Positions 12,754-27,422 of a stretch of DNA of 64,000 nucleotides are shown here, piece after piece. Each line of letters opens with the position of its first letter. Within the stretch, counting starts at the first letter, position 1. The DNA comes from Octopus vulgaris (taxonomy: Eukaryota), in NCBI GenBank assembly GCA_951406725.2, contig OX597827.1, forward strand, positions 72,478,001 through 72,542,000, in the 5' to 3' direction. A program made the position numbers and the translations under genes. The notes beneath the pieces were generated by a model. That model did not search any database, was not told the origin of the DNA, and saw nothing but the letters and a program-made list of their open reading frames with translations.

Positions 12754-14271
12754 ACAGTCTCTGCACCTTCATGTCGGTTAGTTTTGTGCATTCTCTCCTC
12801 AAGGAAACCAAACTCTTTCATCATATTTTTCCTTCTCACCCCTTCACCCATGTTCAATTCAACTCAACCATTTAAGCACCACACAACCCATTGCATTCAG
12901 TCCTTTCTCCCCTGTATATGATCCTTCCCTCTGAGTATCAACTGGCAATAGCTTAAGAAGAACATTACCAGCATCAATTTTAAAAGACCAGGATGGCCGT
13001 GTTAAAGGCAGTGCCCATCCCTTTCATCAGATACAATAAGTATGTAAAAAAAAATATCATCATCATCGTCGTTTAACGTCCACTTTCCATGCTGGCATGG
13101 GTTGGACGGTTTGACTGAGGGCTGGCAAGCCAGAAGGTAGCACCAGGCTCCAATCCAATATGGCAAAGCTTCTATAGCTGGATGCCCTACCTATCACCAA
13201 CCACTCTGAGAGGGGTGCTTTTTATGTGCCACTGGCATGAGAGTCAGTCAGATGGTACTGACATCGACTACGGTTGAATGATGCTTTTTACGTGCCACCG
13301 GCACGGGAGCCAGTCAGGCGGCACTGGCAACAGTTTACATAATATAAAATACACACACACACTAGTTTATTAAAGAGAAAAAAAATTTCACAAACAGTTT
13401 CATGTGACAGTTTGTTAGACAGTTGTGATAAAATAGAATCTGTTTTATCCCAAATGTCTGACAAACAGTCACGTGAAACTCAGAGTAACAGTTTGTGAGG
13501 TTTTTATGGTTTTAATAAAATAGTATTTTGCTCCACCTTTTGGGTGTTTGAGGGTGATTTTTTCACCTTGTTTTGCAGCTATGTGCTTATTTGTATGCAT
13601 GGCATTAAGAAGGGCATCCAGCTGTAGAAACCATGCCAGAAACCATGCAGACCCTGGCCTAAACCAGCTCTGGTCAAACTTTCCAACCCATGCCAGCATG
13701 GAAAACAGATGTTAAATGATGATGATGGTGATGATGATGATATATATCATTTAATGTCTGTTTTCCATGCTGGCACAGGTAGGACAGTTTGACAGGAGGT
13801 GGCAAGGCCAGGGGCCAAAGTGTGTTTTGGCATGGTGCCTGCGGCTGGATGCCCTTCCTAATGCCAACCACTTTGCAGAGCATACCGGGTGCTTTTTACA
13901 TGGCACTAGCACCAACATATATGTATGTATATGTGTGTGCGCATGAGTGTGTATGGTGTAATCTGAGGGTAATTTGGCTGCTAACAACAGCAGGTCAAAT
14001 AAACTATGTAAGGGCTTCCAGGTAGTGCCTTTCTTCCCAACCTACCAACCACCTAAAGGAGTAGCAAAGTAACATACTGACCTTCTTCTTGTAGTTGTTG
14101 ACAACCCAATGAGTCCAGGCGGCAAAAGCTTTGGATAGAAGTTTTCTTCGGTGATGTACAATTGCTGTTTGCCACTGGAGACGACCCAGCAACGACTTTT
14201 GGTATTGGGTTTGCCACACATTGTACATTCGCCACAAACGACCTGAATAAATAAACATATATGTGTGTGTG

Positions 14272-14312
<41 letters not shown>

Positions 14313-15885
14313 TAACACATATGGTTGTGATGCATGTGCCTAGTGTACCCTTATCAGATGGGTAGTCATGATGGGTATACTGGGCTTCGTGTAGTTTACC
14401 CCAGTGTCACTTTGATGGCATGCACTGCTCTCTCACTCAATAATAATAATAATAAAAATAATAGCCGATGAGAATGCATTGTAGCTCTTAGCTCCGGCAT
14501 TTGAAATCCCAAGTACTATTATGGCAACTTACTGATTATCCTAAACTATAAATTAAATATATATATATATCTGTAAATATAATATGTGACAATTATTTGG
14601 TAGCCATGATAAAACTCTGAGTTTTGGATGTCGGGTTGAAACCCATGCTGGCATCTCTTCAATTATCGGGCCATCAGAAAAAATGCTATCGATGGCCCAA
14701 TAACTGAAGAGATGCTGGTGAGGGTTTCCGCCCTGATATCCGAAACTCAGAGTTTTATCATGGCTATCATGGCTAGGGGTCCATATAAGATTTTTTGTTA
14801 AAATTTATGAGTAGTAAATAACTTACACTTCGACATTTCACAAAATATTTTAAGTTTTTTTTAATACAATTCCAAAAAATATTTACTAATAAAAATAGGA
14901 TTTTTAAAACATTGAATGGTTATGGGGGTCCACCAGTGTAAAATAAGAATTTAAAAAGGTCCATAGGAAAAAATGGTTGGGAACCACTGATTTACATTGT
15001 TGTTGAGAGATAACAGTTTATCAAAGTAGCTGCCCTCAGCTTCCAATATCGGCTCAAGATGGCCTTGGAACCTGGTGCATGTGTTGCTCACTGTGTCCCT
15101 GGGAAGATCTTCAATCACCTCCTTCACCTTGGTCACCAGCTCAACCATGTGTTGCAAGCAAGGGCACTGGGTGTCTTTGTTTACTGCACCAGACACATGG
15201 TAATCCATGGGGTTACAATTGGTGGAATTAGGAGGACAGTAATTGGGGCTGGTGAAGTCATAGAAATTCTCTGACCACCACTTCTGAATCTTTCTGAGAT
15301 ATGGCAAGCAGCAATCCTTCTAGTAGTAATCCTTCTAGCAGCAATCCTTCTAGTAGTAATCCTTCTAGCAGCAATCTTTCTAGCAGAAATCTTTCTAGCA
15401 GCAATCCTTCTAGCAGCAATCCTTCTAGCAGTAATTCTTCTAGCAGTAATCCTCTCCACCTAGGGTTTCTCTAGTCTCCAGCAGCTTCACAAAGGTGTCT
15501 GAATTGAGCCTGAGACCCTGTTCAAAGATGTGGGGTGGCATTACATCACCCTCACTGCTGGCCATGGCTTTATAGTCTTTGTTACAGCGGTCCAGGTCAT
15601 GTCTTAAAGCCCTTACAGGGCTCACAGAGTATTGAGCAGCAGTCATGATGTTTGGCATTTTGACATTCAGCATGAATCATCATGATACAGGTAGCTCTTC
15701 TCTAATATTCAGAGGGCTTCCAGTCCTCCATCTCAGAAAAATTCTTCTCAACTATAACTTTGGTTGTTATGCTCTCCAACGCTGTTGACTGTTCACCACT
15801 ACTTTCCTGAAAAAGGAGACATAAAAACTAAAACACACCCAACACACACACACACAAATTCTCTTGCATGCACACCACATGCATG

Positions 15886-15916
<31 letters not shown>

Positions 15917-16180
15917 ACACGCATGCTCTCTCTCAGACTTTTTCCCCTCTCACTCTCCCACCCCACGTCCATACAGTCTGCTGTATGGTAACCCTACTTA
16001 CGTTGCTCCAGTGTAGTTTGAACTGTGGCCACCCAGCTTCTGGTCTCAGATTTCTTGTAGGCATGGATAGCAGAGTAGGCCCTCCAAGTGAACATGATCT
16101 GTGAGGGGAGAGAAAGAAAAAGGGACATTTACACAGCCAACAACAACAACAGCAGCAGCAGTAGTAGCAGCAGTAGTAGC

Positions 16181-16223
<43 letters not shown>

Positions 16224-17575
16224 ATGATAACAGTAGTGGTGATGTGTGTTGTGGTTTGTTTGTTTTACCCCCCTGCTACCAGGCTGGTATGAGTTAGGTG
16301 AATACATTTACAGTCGAATGTCCTTCCTGCTGCTTACCCTTCTCTGTTTTCCAAGTATGGCAGGATTATATTCCACTCACAGAGCTAGTGGGCGATTTGT
16401 TGAGAGGGGTTAATGTCAACAAACATCACCATTCGTAGCAAGTAGATTTTTATGTGAAGTGCACACTATAAGCATTGAAACACATGTGCATATTCACATA
16501 TACACACAGACATACAATCACATATGAGCACACACACACACACACAAATATCATTATCATCATTCTGGCATGGACTGGATGGTTCTGCAAGAACAGATGA
16601 GCCAGAGGGCTACAGAAGATTCTATGCCTGCTTTGCCATGGTTTCCCCAGCTGGATGCCTTTCTTAACATCAACTATCATAGTGCTGTTGTTAAGTGTGT
16701 TGTGACCCCTTCGGTCATGAATGACCATGGGATTGCACCTAGAAAGTTACCCTCCAAAGCACAAGTCTGGGCAAGGTTGTTTATGGAAGACCAGTAGTCG
16801 CCCACGCATGCCAGCCTCCCTTCTCCATGCCACCAATGTTATCCAAGGGAAAGACAAAGGCTGATACAGCTTGGCACCAGTGACGTCACGGCTCATTTAT
16901 TAACGTGCAAGTGGCTGAGCATTCCACAGACATGTGTACCCTTAACGTAGTTCTTGGGGAGATTCAGCGTGACACAGAGAGTGACAAGGCTGGCCCTTTC
17001 AAATACAGGTACAACAGAAACAGGAAGAAAGAGTGAGAGAAAGAGAGGGTTCACCACTAACCCCTGCCAGAGCCTCTGCTTCTTACTTCTTTGTCACCTA
17101 TTTAATTAAAGACATGCCAGCATAAACCATGAATTTCCCATCGTTATTATATCCATTTTCTTCTCTTATATATAGAAGTGGCTGTGTGGTAAGTAGCTTG
17201 CTTACCAACCACATGGTTCCAGGTTCAGTCCCACTGCGTGACATCTTGGGCAAGTGCCTTCTGCTATAGCCTCGGGCCAACCAAAGCCTTGTAAGTGGAT
17301 TTAGTAGACGGAAACTGAAAGAAGCTCGTTGTATATATGTATATATATATATATATATATATGTGCGTGTGTGTTTGTGTTTGTCTCCCCCCTAGCATTG
17401 CTTGACAACTGATGCTGGTGTGTTTATGTCCCCGTCACTTAGTGGTTCGGCAAAAGAGACCGATAGAATAAGTACTGGGCTTACAAAGAATAAGTCCCGG
17501 GGTCGAGTTGCTTGATTAAAGGTGGTGCTCCAGCATGGCCGCAGTCAAATGACTGAAACAAGTAAAGAGTAAAGA

Positions 17576-17626
<51 letters not shown>

Positions 17627-20600
17627 AGATTCAGTTAAATTAGGTACTTAAGTTGAAGCACCACGTCAGTCCGGTAGAATTTTAATCAGTCGGACACATT
17701 AATATAATTTTACTCAAATACTTTAACAGAGCACGAAGATGGAAGAAATCCCTGTTGTCACTACTGTAGCTAAGAATATTACTCTATTCTATTTATTTAT
17801 TTGTGCAGCTGATGATAGTCCTGCATTTAAATTGATGTAATGATTGCATTGCTCAATTAAATGGAGCCGCTTGAAGTGGTCGTCCTGCATCACTTCTTAA
17901 TATCCTGTTGTTTATTTTAATAATAATAATAATAATGAAATTATCGTATACAGTGCTCAGGTGCACCACAACTTGTCAGAAAGTGCATATAAAGTACATG
18001 CAGTAATGTAGAAATGTCTGGAAAGCGAACAATGTATGAGTCAGATACATGCTTTGTGTGTATGGAGGGGAGAAAATCAAGTGTAGTGTTGGCGAATCTC
18101 AGAAAGCATGGAAGTTTTGAAGGATGCAATGCTCCGACAACTAACAACTGATGCCGGCAGTTTGTTCCATGCTTCAGCAACTCTCAGCGTGAAAAAATAT
18201 TTCCTGAAGTCATGGGAGCTGTGCTGTTTTCTGATTTTGTAAATATGTCCACGGGTGTTAGACGGGTGGAGTTTGAAAAGGTGCTCAGAGTTATTGTTTG
18301 TACGATGGTTGATAATTTTGATTATATATAGGCACAGGAGTGGCTGTGTGGTAAGTAGCTTGCTAACCAAGCACATGGCTCCGGGTTCAGTCCCATTGTG
18401 TGGCATCTTGGGCAAGTGTCTTCTGCTATAGCCCTGGGCTGACCAATGCCTTGTGAGTGGATTTGGTAGATGGAAAGTGAAAGAAGCCTGTCGTATATAT
18501 GTATATGTGTGCATGTGTGTTTGTCCCCTTAGCATTGCTTGACAACCAATGCTGGTGTGTTTATGTCCCCGTCACTTAGCGATTCGGCAAAAGAGACCGA
18601 TAGAATAAGTACTGGGCTTACAAAGAATAAGTCCTGGGGTCGAATTTGCTCGACTAAAGGCGGTGCTCCAGCATGGCCGCAGTCAAATGATTGAAACAAG
18701 TAAAAGAGTAAAAGAGTATATATATATATATATACACATATATGAGTAACAAAGATGTACAGGTGTCAATTCATTACAGCCATTTCAAGCAACTCTTCTA
18801 ATTGATTAATTATATCATCTGAAAGAAACCGTTCTTGTTAGATGACCACACAGACTTCGAACTTGGAGGATACAACCACTGCCTTAACATATTCGTAGCA
18901 ATAATGGAACTCAAAATATTCACATTGTTTCTGTTGTCATATCACTGGGTTGTGTTGTCTGCACGCATGGCAGGAATATCAGGTGCAAACACCCTTGCAT
19001 GAAGTCCTGATAGTCAATATTAAATTAATATTGTTTGGGTGTGCGGATTATACCAACCTAAAAAGGTGCCTCAATGGAATCTAAATTATATATATATATA
19101 TATACATATATCAAGTTAATCCAAACAAGAAAACACAAAAAAAACACAACAACGCGAGGACGTGGAACAAATAAAGTATTATTGGATGCTCAGGAAAGAA
19201 GGAGGGTTTAACATTTCGAGCGGAGCTCTTCGTCGGAAACATAGGAGAAGGAAAGATCCCGAGAAGGAGAAGACAGAGGGAAAAAAATCGCCAGCGGTAC
19301 TCACGAGGTCACATATTGAAAGGTCACATATATATGGAGCTTGCTTCCTAGCTACATGGTTTTGGGTTCGGTCCCACTGCGTGGCACTTTGGGTAGGTGT
19401 CTTCCACTATAGCTCCGAGCCGACCGGAGCTTTGTGATTGAATTCGGTAGGTGGAAGTTACTGCCGTGTGTGTATGTGTGCGTATAGCTGCTCAGTGCCT
19501 CTCCGAAAGAGAGAGAGAGGGATAACAATAGATGAGCATTCTATAGTATCTTTGTAGTGAATTCACTCACAAGGCATTGGTCAGCCTGAGGCTATAGTAG
19601 AAGACACTTTACTATGCAGTGGGACTGAACCCAGAACCATGTGGTTAGGAAGCAAGCTTCTTACCACACAGTCATGTCCATATCTATGCCGCTGGACTGG
19701 CTCCTGTGCAGGTGGCACATAAAAAGCACCATTTGAGTGTGGCCGATGCCAGTACCACCTGACCGGCATGAGGGCCAGTGGCACGTAAAAGCACCCACTA
19801 CATTCTCAGAGTGGTTGGCGTTAGGAAGGGCATCCAGCTGTAGAAGCTTTGTCAGATCAGACTGGAGCCTGGTGCAACCTTCTGGCTTACCAGTTCTCAG
19901 TCGAACCATTCAACCCATGCCAGCATGGAAAGCGGACGTTAAATGACGATGACGATGATGATACACCCACACACACATGACAAATTAACTGGGAAATACA
20001 CAAAGGAAATAAAAGCAACAAACCTTAGAAAGTAAATTTCTGTTGTAAAACACTGCAGCTGTTTGCTCTTGCTGCCTATCGAGCACTCCATGTCTGCTGA
20101 CTGTATACCAATGCCTGAACCTCTCCCTGTAAAACACACCAAATTTATTTATACAGAAGCATGGAACAAACTGCCGGCATCAGTTGTTAGTTGTCGGAGC
20201 ACTGCATCCTTCAAAACTTCCATGCTTTCTGAGATTCGCCAACACTACACTTAATTTTCTCCCCTCCATACACACACAAGCATGTATCTGACTCAAGCAT
20301 TGTTCGCTTTCCAGACATTTGTACATTACTGCATATACTCTGACAAGTTGTGGTGGACCTGAGCACTGTATACAATAATTTCATTGTTATTATTATTAAT
20401 ATACAAAACAATATATACATACATGCATACAAAGTTAAAAACATGCACGCACACACATACACTTAGGTATATACTCTCTCATGAACACAATATCAATTAG
20501 TGACGAGGCCGGTGACATGTGAAAAGCACCCATTACACTCTTGGAGTGGTTGGCATTAGGAAGGGTATCCAGCTGTAGAAACCTTGCCAAATCAGATTGG

Positions 20601-21997
20601 GCCTGGTGCAGCCTCCAGGCTTACCAGTTCTCAGTCAAACCGTCCAACCCATGCCAGAATGGAAAGTGAACATTAAATGACGATGGTGATGATACACACA
20701 CACACACACACACGTATTTATACATACTCTTACTCTTTACTCTTTTACACTTTTACTTGTTTCAGTCATTTGACTGCGGCCATGCTGGAGCACCGCCTTT
20801 AATCGAGCAACTCGACCCCGGAACTTATTCTTTTTTTGTAAGCCCAGTACTTATTCTATCGGTCTCTTTTTGCCGAACCGCTAAGTAACGGGGACATAAA
20901 CACACCAGCATCAGTTGTCAAGCAATGCTAGGGGGACAAACACAGATACACAAACAAACAGACATACATATATATATATACATATATACGACAGGCTTCT
21001 TTCAGTTTCCGTCTACCAAATTCACTCACAAGGCATTGGTCGGCCCGGGGCTATAGCAGAAGACACTTGCCCAAGATGCCACGCAGTGGGACTGAACCCG
21101 GAACCATGTGGTTGGTTAGCAAGCTACTTACCACACAGCCACTCCTGCACCTATATATAATTAGTGTAGACTTTGATCTGACTCAGACAAGCATGGCAAA
21201 GTAGAAGTTAAACAATGATGAATCATCAATTTCTTTGAACCGATAGTTTTCCATTAAATCAATACAAGATGACTGACAAAGCAAAGCTGAATGGGAGACC
21301 GGGTGGATGGATTGCAAGGGTGGGGGATCGCTTACTTCAGTATCTTGTGACGTGCTGTCTGGAACATCTTCATGGCTTCCATCTTAATTGAATGACATTG
21401 CGTGATGTAGAGACGCCAGGCGGAGAAATATTTACAGTACAGATGTGATTCATGATGTTGCTGTGCACGTTTGTAGATCAATTGCTTCTGTTGACACGTT
21501 TGGTGAAACTGCACAAGAAAAATTATAAATATACAGGGTGTCCACAAAAACAATCTCTGATTCCAAACAGATATATAACGCTTTTACTCTTTTTGCTTGT
21601 TTCAGCCATTATTATGACTGCGGCCATGCTGGAGCACCATCTTTAATCGGGCAACTCGACCCCGGGACTTATTCTTTGTAAGCCCAGTACTTATTCTATC
21701 GGTCTCTTTTGCCGAACCGCTAAGTGACGGGGACATAAACACACCAGCATCGGTTGTCAAGCAATATATATATATATACTCCTTTACTTGTTTCAGTCAT
21801 TTGACTGCGGTCATGCTGGAGCACCACCTTTAATCGGGCAACTCGACCCCGGGACTTATTCTTTGTAAGCCCAGTACTTATTCTATCGGTCTCTTTTGCC
21901 GAACCGCTAAGTGACGGGGACATAAACACACCAGCATCGGTTGTCAAGCAATGCTAGGGGGACAAACACAGATACACAAACCTACACGCACACACAC

Positions 21998-22040
<43 letters not shown>

Positions 22041-25000
22041 TACGATGGGCTTCTTTCAGTTTCCATCTACCAAATCCACTCACAAGGCTTTGGTCGACCC
22101 GAGGCTATAGTAGAAGACACTTGCCCAAGGTGCCAAGCAGTGGGACTGATCCCGGAACCATGTGGTTGGTAAACAAGTTACTTACCACACAACCACTCTT
22201 TCTCACAGTTAGTAGCATCAGATTCAGGATTTCATACAGTTTCATGTGGTAGAGGGTAGCTTTAAAAGCACTCAATGTGTGCCCCTCTGGTTGCTAGGCA
22301 AACATCGTTGCGATAATCCAGTTCGGTCCAGATGCTCTACAGCATATCTGGTGTTTTCATGTGAACTGCTTCACTGATTGAAATTTTCATCTCCTCCAGG
22401 GTAGCACGTAGTGGTGGTACGTAAACTGTGTTCTTCACGTACCCGCAAAGAAAGAAGTCACAAACAGTTAGATCCGGTGACCTTGATGGCCACTTACAGA
22501 ACTCCTGATCATCTCGTCCAGCACAACCAATCTGTCTGTTTGGTAAGTGCTCAGTGAGAAATCTGACAGTGAGAACCCAGTGCAGTGGAGTACCATATTG
22601 CTGGAACAGGTAGTCATCACTCTCAGCAGCTAGTTGTGGAAACATCCAATTGGTCAGCATCTCCAGGTAACAGTATCAAGTATCATATAATTCCACCTAC
22701 ACTCAAGTGCATTCAGAAATGGTACAATGATTTTAATCAGAAAGGGTGTATCTGTGGTCAGAGAAAGGGGCATTCCGGTCGACCATCAGCCTCAGAGGAA
22801 GTTGTTGATCGAATTAGAAGAAAATTCGTGCACAGCCCCAAATAGTCAATATGATGAGCTAGCCGGGCATTATACCTTCTCAGAGGCACTGGCATCTTGC
22901 TGTCAGGAGATTTCTCACTGAGCACTTGCCAAACAGACGGACTGGTTGTGCTGGACGAGATGATCAGGAGTTCTGCAAGTGGCCTGCAAGGTCACCGGAT
23001 CTAACTGTTTGTGACTTCTTTCTTTGCGGATACGTGAAGAGCACAGTTTACGTACCCCGACTACCTGCTACCCTGGAGGAGATGAAAATTTCGATCAGTG
23101 AAGCAGTTTGCACGATAACTCCAGATATGCCAAAACCACAAGTTCCACTCAGTTGGACATGTTGCAAGGTTCACAAACAACGGGTGGACCCGTGCAGTTG
23201 CTGAGTGCACTTGGGACATCTCCATGATGATGGGAAGATGATTTAGTTAAGGAATTTGCATCAAGATGGAAAAAAATAGCACAATTAAGACAATTGGAAG
23301 CGCATTGTGACCAGTGATGTATAACAGGCATCTGATGGTCTGGTTGGTAGTGTGATACAGTGCTAATATATATTTATGTAATATGTAATCAACCAAATTC
23401 CACTCACAAGGCTATGGCAGAAGATACTTGCTCAAGATGCCATGCAATGGGAGTGAACCAGGGACCTTACAGTTGCAAGGTAAACTTCCTGACTATTTGG
23501 CCATGCCTACATACATAGAATAGTGATACACATGCACATTTATGGAAAAGACAGACCCACACACTGTAACACACACATGCACATATCCAAACATGAATAC
23601 ACACACATACACATATGCACAAAGTGTAAATACCTGAATCCAGGCTGCCAAACATCTGCGTTGAATGTGGCTGTAGTAACAGACTGTTGCAAGCATTTCC
23701 AGACGATTCCTGCAAGAGAAATATTCCAGAGATATAAAGACTTGTATCATCATCATCATCATTTAAGGTCTGTTTTCCTTTGCTGGTATGTGTTTCACTA
23801 CTGCCCACAAGGGGCTAAACACAGAGGGGACAAACGGATTATGTTGATTACATCGATCCCAGGGCGTAACTGGTACTTGATTTATCGACCCCGAAAGGAT
23901 GAAAGGCAAAGTCGACCTCGGCGGAATTTGAACTCAGAATGTAACGGCAGACGAAATACGGCTACGTATTTCGCCCGGCGTGCTAACGAGTCTGCCAGCT
24001 CGCTGCCTTCCTTTGCTGGTATGGGTTGGACAGAGTGATAGGAACTGGCAAGGCCTGGGGCTGCACCTGGTCCCATAGTCTGTCTTGGCTTGATTTCTAG
24101 GGCTGTAGTAGTAGACGTCAATGCAGTAGGATTGAACCCAGAACCATGAGGTTGGGAAGCAACCTTGTTACCACATAGCTATGCTTGTGCCTCATATGTG
24201 CATGTGTTTGTGTCTCCTTGTCTTGACATATATGATAATTACAAGCAACCCTCACCATCATGCAAGCAACATCCTTTGTTTCCAATCTTCCAATGTAAAC
24301 ATGTCCAGTCGTGGGGAAACATTACTTTGCTTTGTAATTTATGTCTGGCACCTGTGCAGGTGGCACGTAAAAAACACCCACTACACTCGCGGAGTGGTTG
24401 GCGTTAGGAAGGGCATCCAGCCGTAGAAACACTGCCAGATCTGACTGGGCCTGACGAAGCCTTCCAGCTTCACAGACCCCAGTTGACCCGTCCAACCCAT
24501 GCTAGCATGGAAAGCGGACGCTAAATGATGATGATGATGATGATGATGATGACAACAAGAAGGGTAAGATGGCTGAAAAAAGAAAAATCTCCCTCAACAA
24601 TTCCATCTGAAAGCATAGCAAAGTGATTGTTATGATGATGATTCATATAGATTTTATCAGATACAGTATAGACATATGTATACTTACATATTGTGTATGT
24701 CCTCTATATATTGTCTCCAAGCCAGAAAGAATTTCCGCAGTGCAGCCTTCTGCCGATGGTAACAAGCTTCATCCTGTAGAGAATAAAAGAGAGCATCTTT
24801 ATACAGGTTGTGCTGGAGACTGTGTTTGTTTGTTTTACTCCCCTGCTTCCAGGCTGGTATGAGTTAGGTGAATACATTTACAGTCGAATGTCTTTCCTGC
24901 TGCTTACCCTTCTCTGTTTTCCAAGTATGGCAGGATTATATTCCACTCACAAAGCTAGTGGGCGATTTGTTGAGAGGGGGTAATGTCAACAAACATCACC

Positions 25001-27383
25001 GTTCGTAGCCAGTAGATTTTTATGTGAAGTGCAGGCTATAAGCATTGACACACATGTGCATATTCACATATACACACAGACATACAATCACATATGAGCA
25101 CACACACACAGCAATATATTCGGACAATAATTAAGGGCTAAAAACAATATACAGTGACTAATCATTATCTTTCATTTGCTAATTTCTCATCCACTCAGCT
25201 GGCAAAAACGAGTAATCCTGCGATGGACCGGTGTCCCGTCCAGGTGGGGAATTTCTACACCACTAGAACTGGGAAACCGGCCCTATGAGCCAGGTGTGGC
25301 TCAAGAAGGAACATTTATTTTTTTTTTATTTAAAATAAGAAGTATCAGAAACCCCGTGGTGGTTTTGGGCAAGTTGGTATGAAAAGGGCTTAAACAATGT
25401 CCTGCTGTCATCCACGGTATAGTGGTGACTCAGTGGCCCTCATCACAGATAAGAGACTAACTGTTCTCATGTGTTGTGTGTATTCATTATTCAGCAAACA
25501 CGATGTTACTATTGGTCACCAGATGGCACTGTGGAGATGGATCAACATCCAAAGTTTCAACTGAACACCAGAAGGTAGTGTAATAGTCACAAGTCAATAG
25601 AAGAGTCTCTATATGTTTGCTTCACCCGCTACATCTCCTGAAATCACCACCACTACCATCTGAAAAGAAGACATGTCACATTATGAAGTCCAGTGTTCTC
25701 TGTATGAAGATAAAAAATAGGATCCACGGTCTGACGGTGCACGTAAATAGTACCATCCAAATGTGGCCGATGCCAGTGCTGCCTTGACTGGCTTCCATGC
25801 TGGTGGCACATAAAAAGCACCAACTGATCGTGGCCGTTGCCAGCCTTGCCTGGCACCTGTGCCGGTGGCACGTAAAAAGCACCCACTACACTCACGGAGT
25901 GGTTGGCGTTAGGAAGGGCATCCAGCTGTAGAAACACTGCCAGATCAGACTGGAGCGTGGTGCAGCCTTCTGGCTTCACAGACCCCAGTTGAACCGTCCA
26001 ACCCATGCTAGCATGGAAAACGGACGTTAAACGATGATGATGATGATGATGATGACTGTCCAACCAGGGCTGATCTGGAGCTAAACAACAACATGGACAA
26101 TGACAACTACTACCCGAGGTTCCAGTTAAAATATAAAATTACCTACCACCAGGTGGCACTGTGAGGTCCGTTTCTTCCATGTTGCTAGAGTTTTGCACAT
26201 TGTTACTCTGTTGTTATGGAGAATTGCCTGAGAAAAAGATTACACAAGAAGACAAAATTCTAATAAACAGCAAACTTGGAAACAACATTCAACACCTACA
26301 CATTTAGATGTATCTCAGTGTGTTTATAAATCTCTCTATATATAAAGCTGAAGTTGTCTGTGTGTGGCAGGTTTGGTAGCCTTCAACTAACACTATTTCC
26401 TCTGTGACCCTGCAGTGCAAGTTGACTAAAATTGAGAGTATGATAGAAGAAGGCTTGCTCTTCCTTCCGTAGAAGATAAAATTCAAATCGGACCATGTTA
26501 ACACCAAAAATTATTTACATCAAAAAGGTGCTTTTTTTCTATGAAAAACCCTATTTTTTACGATTTTTTGACTGCTGTGTCGCCATTTTTCGGTGTATTT
26601 CAACCAGAAAAATATTCACTTAAAGAGAATAACAAGCTACATAATGCAAAAGTTTTACTTTTCAAAAATTCCAATTCTAAAGGGTTGAAACAAACCCGAG
26701 CAACGCCGGGTGATACTGCTAGTGTGTTTATAAATGTGTGTGTGTGTGCGTGTACCAAGCACTGGTTTAAACATACACTGACTTGAAGACCTTACCATTT
26801 TCAGATGAAATGTAAGGCGTTGTCATCGAAACCTTGTATATACAATGCTGTGGAGGCATGTGGCCTAGTGGTGTTTTGCAATTATGATCGCAAGATTGCG
26901 GTTTCAATTCCCAGGCCAGGCCAGGCAGTACGTTGTGTTCTTGAGCAAAACTTTTCATTCCTATTTGTTCCAGTCCGCTAATCTATAAATGGATAAACCC
27001 AAGATGGACTGGCATTCTGTTCAGAGGAGATGGTGACCTGCCTGCCAAGCCAGTTGGGGGTGGCATCATTCGCAAGGTACAACAATGCAAGGAAGCGCAT
27101 TTTGACCAACAGTGTACAACAACATCTAGTAGCCTGGTCGATACAGTGATCTACAATGGTATACAATGTTACAACTTACCATTACTTCCATACGACGTAC
27201 TTCATGTTTCTTCACAGCTGCTTCTTGCCAAAGAGCAAAGACTTTGGCTGTCAGATTATCTCTGCAACAAAAGAGAAGATGCTTGCTTTAATTATCTTCA
27301 AATGTAACAATGTTTTAGAGACAAATGTTGTAATAGTTACATAAATATATATATATCTGTAAATGTATATATCTATCTATCTA

Positions 27384-27422
<39 letters not shown>

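Noticed and set aside
26796-26847. Possible exon (cag|...G|GTAAGG) between exons 15 and 16
   Set aside because: No SFI1-like sequence, breaks phase, and exons 15 and 16 join directly as EVM-AILH.
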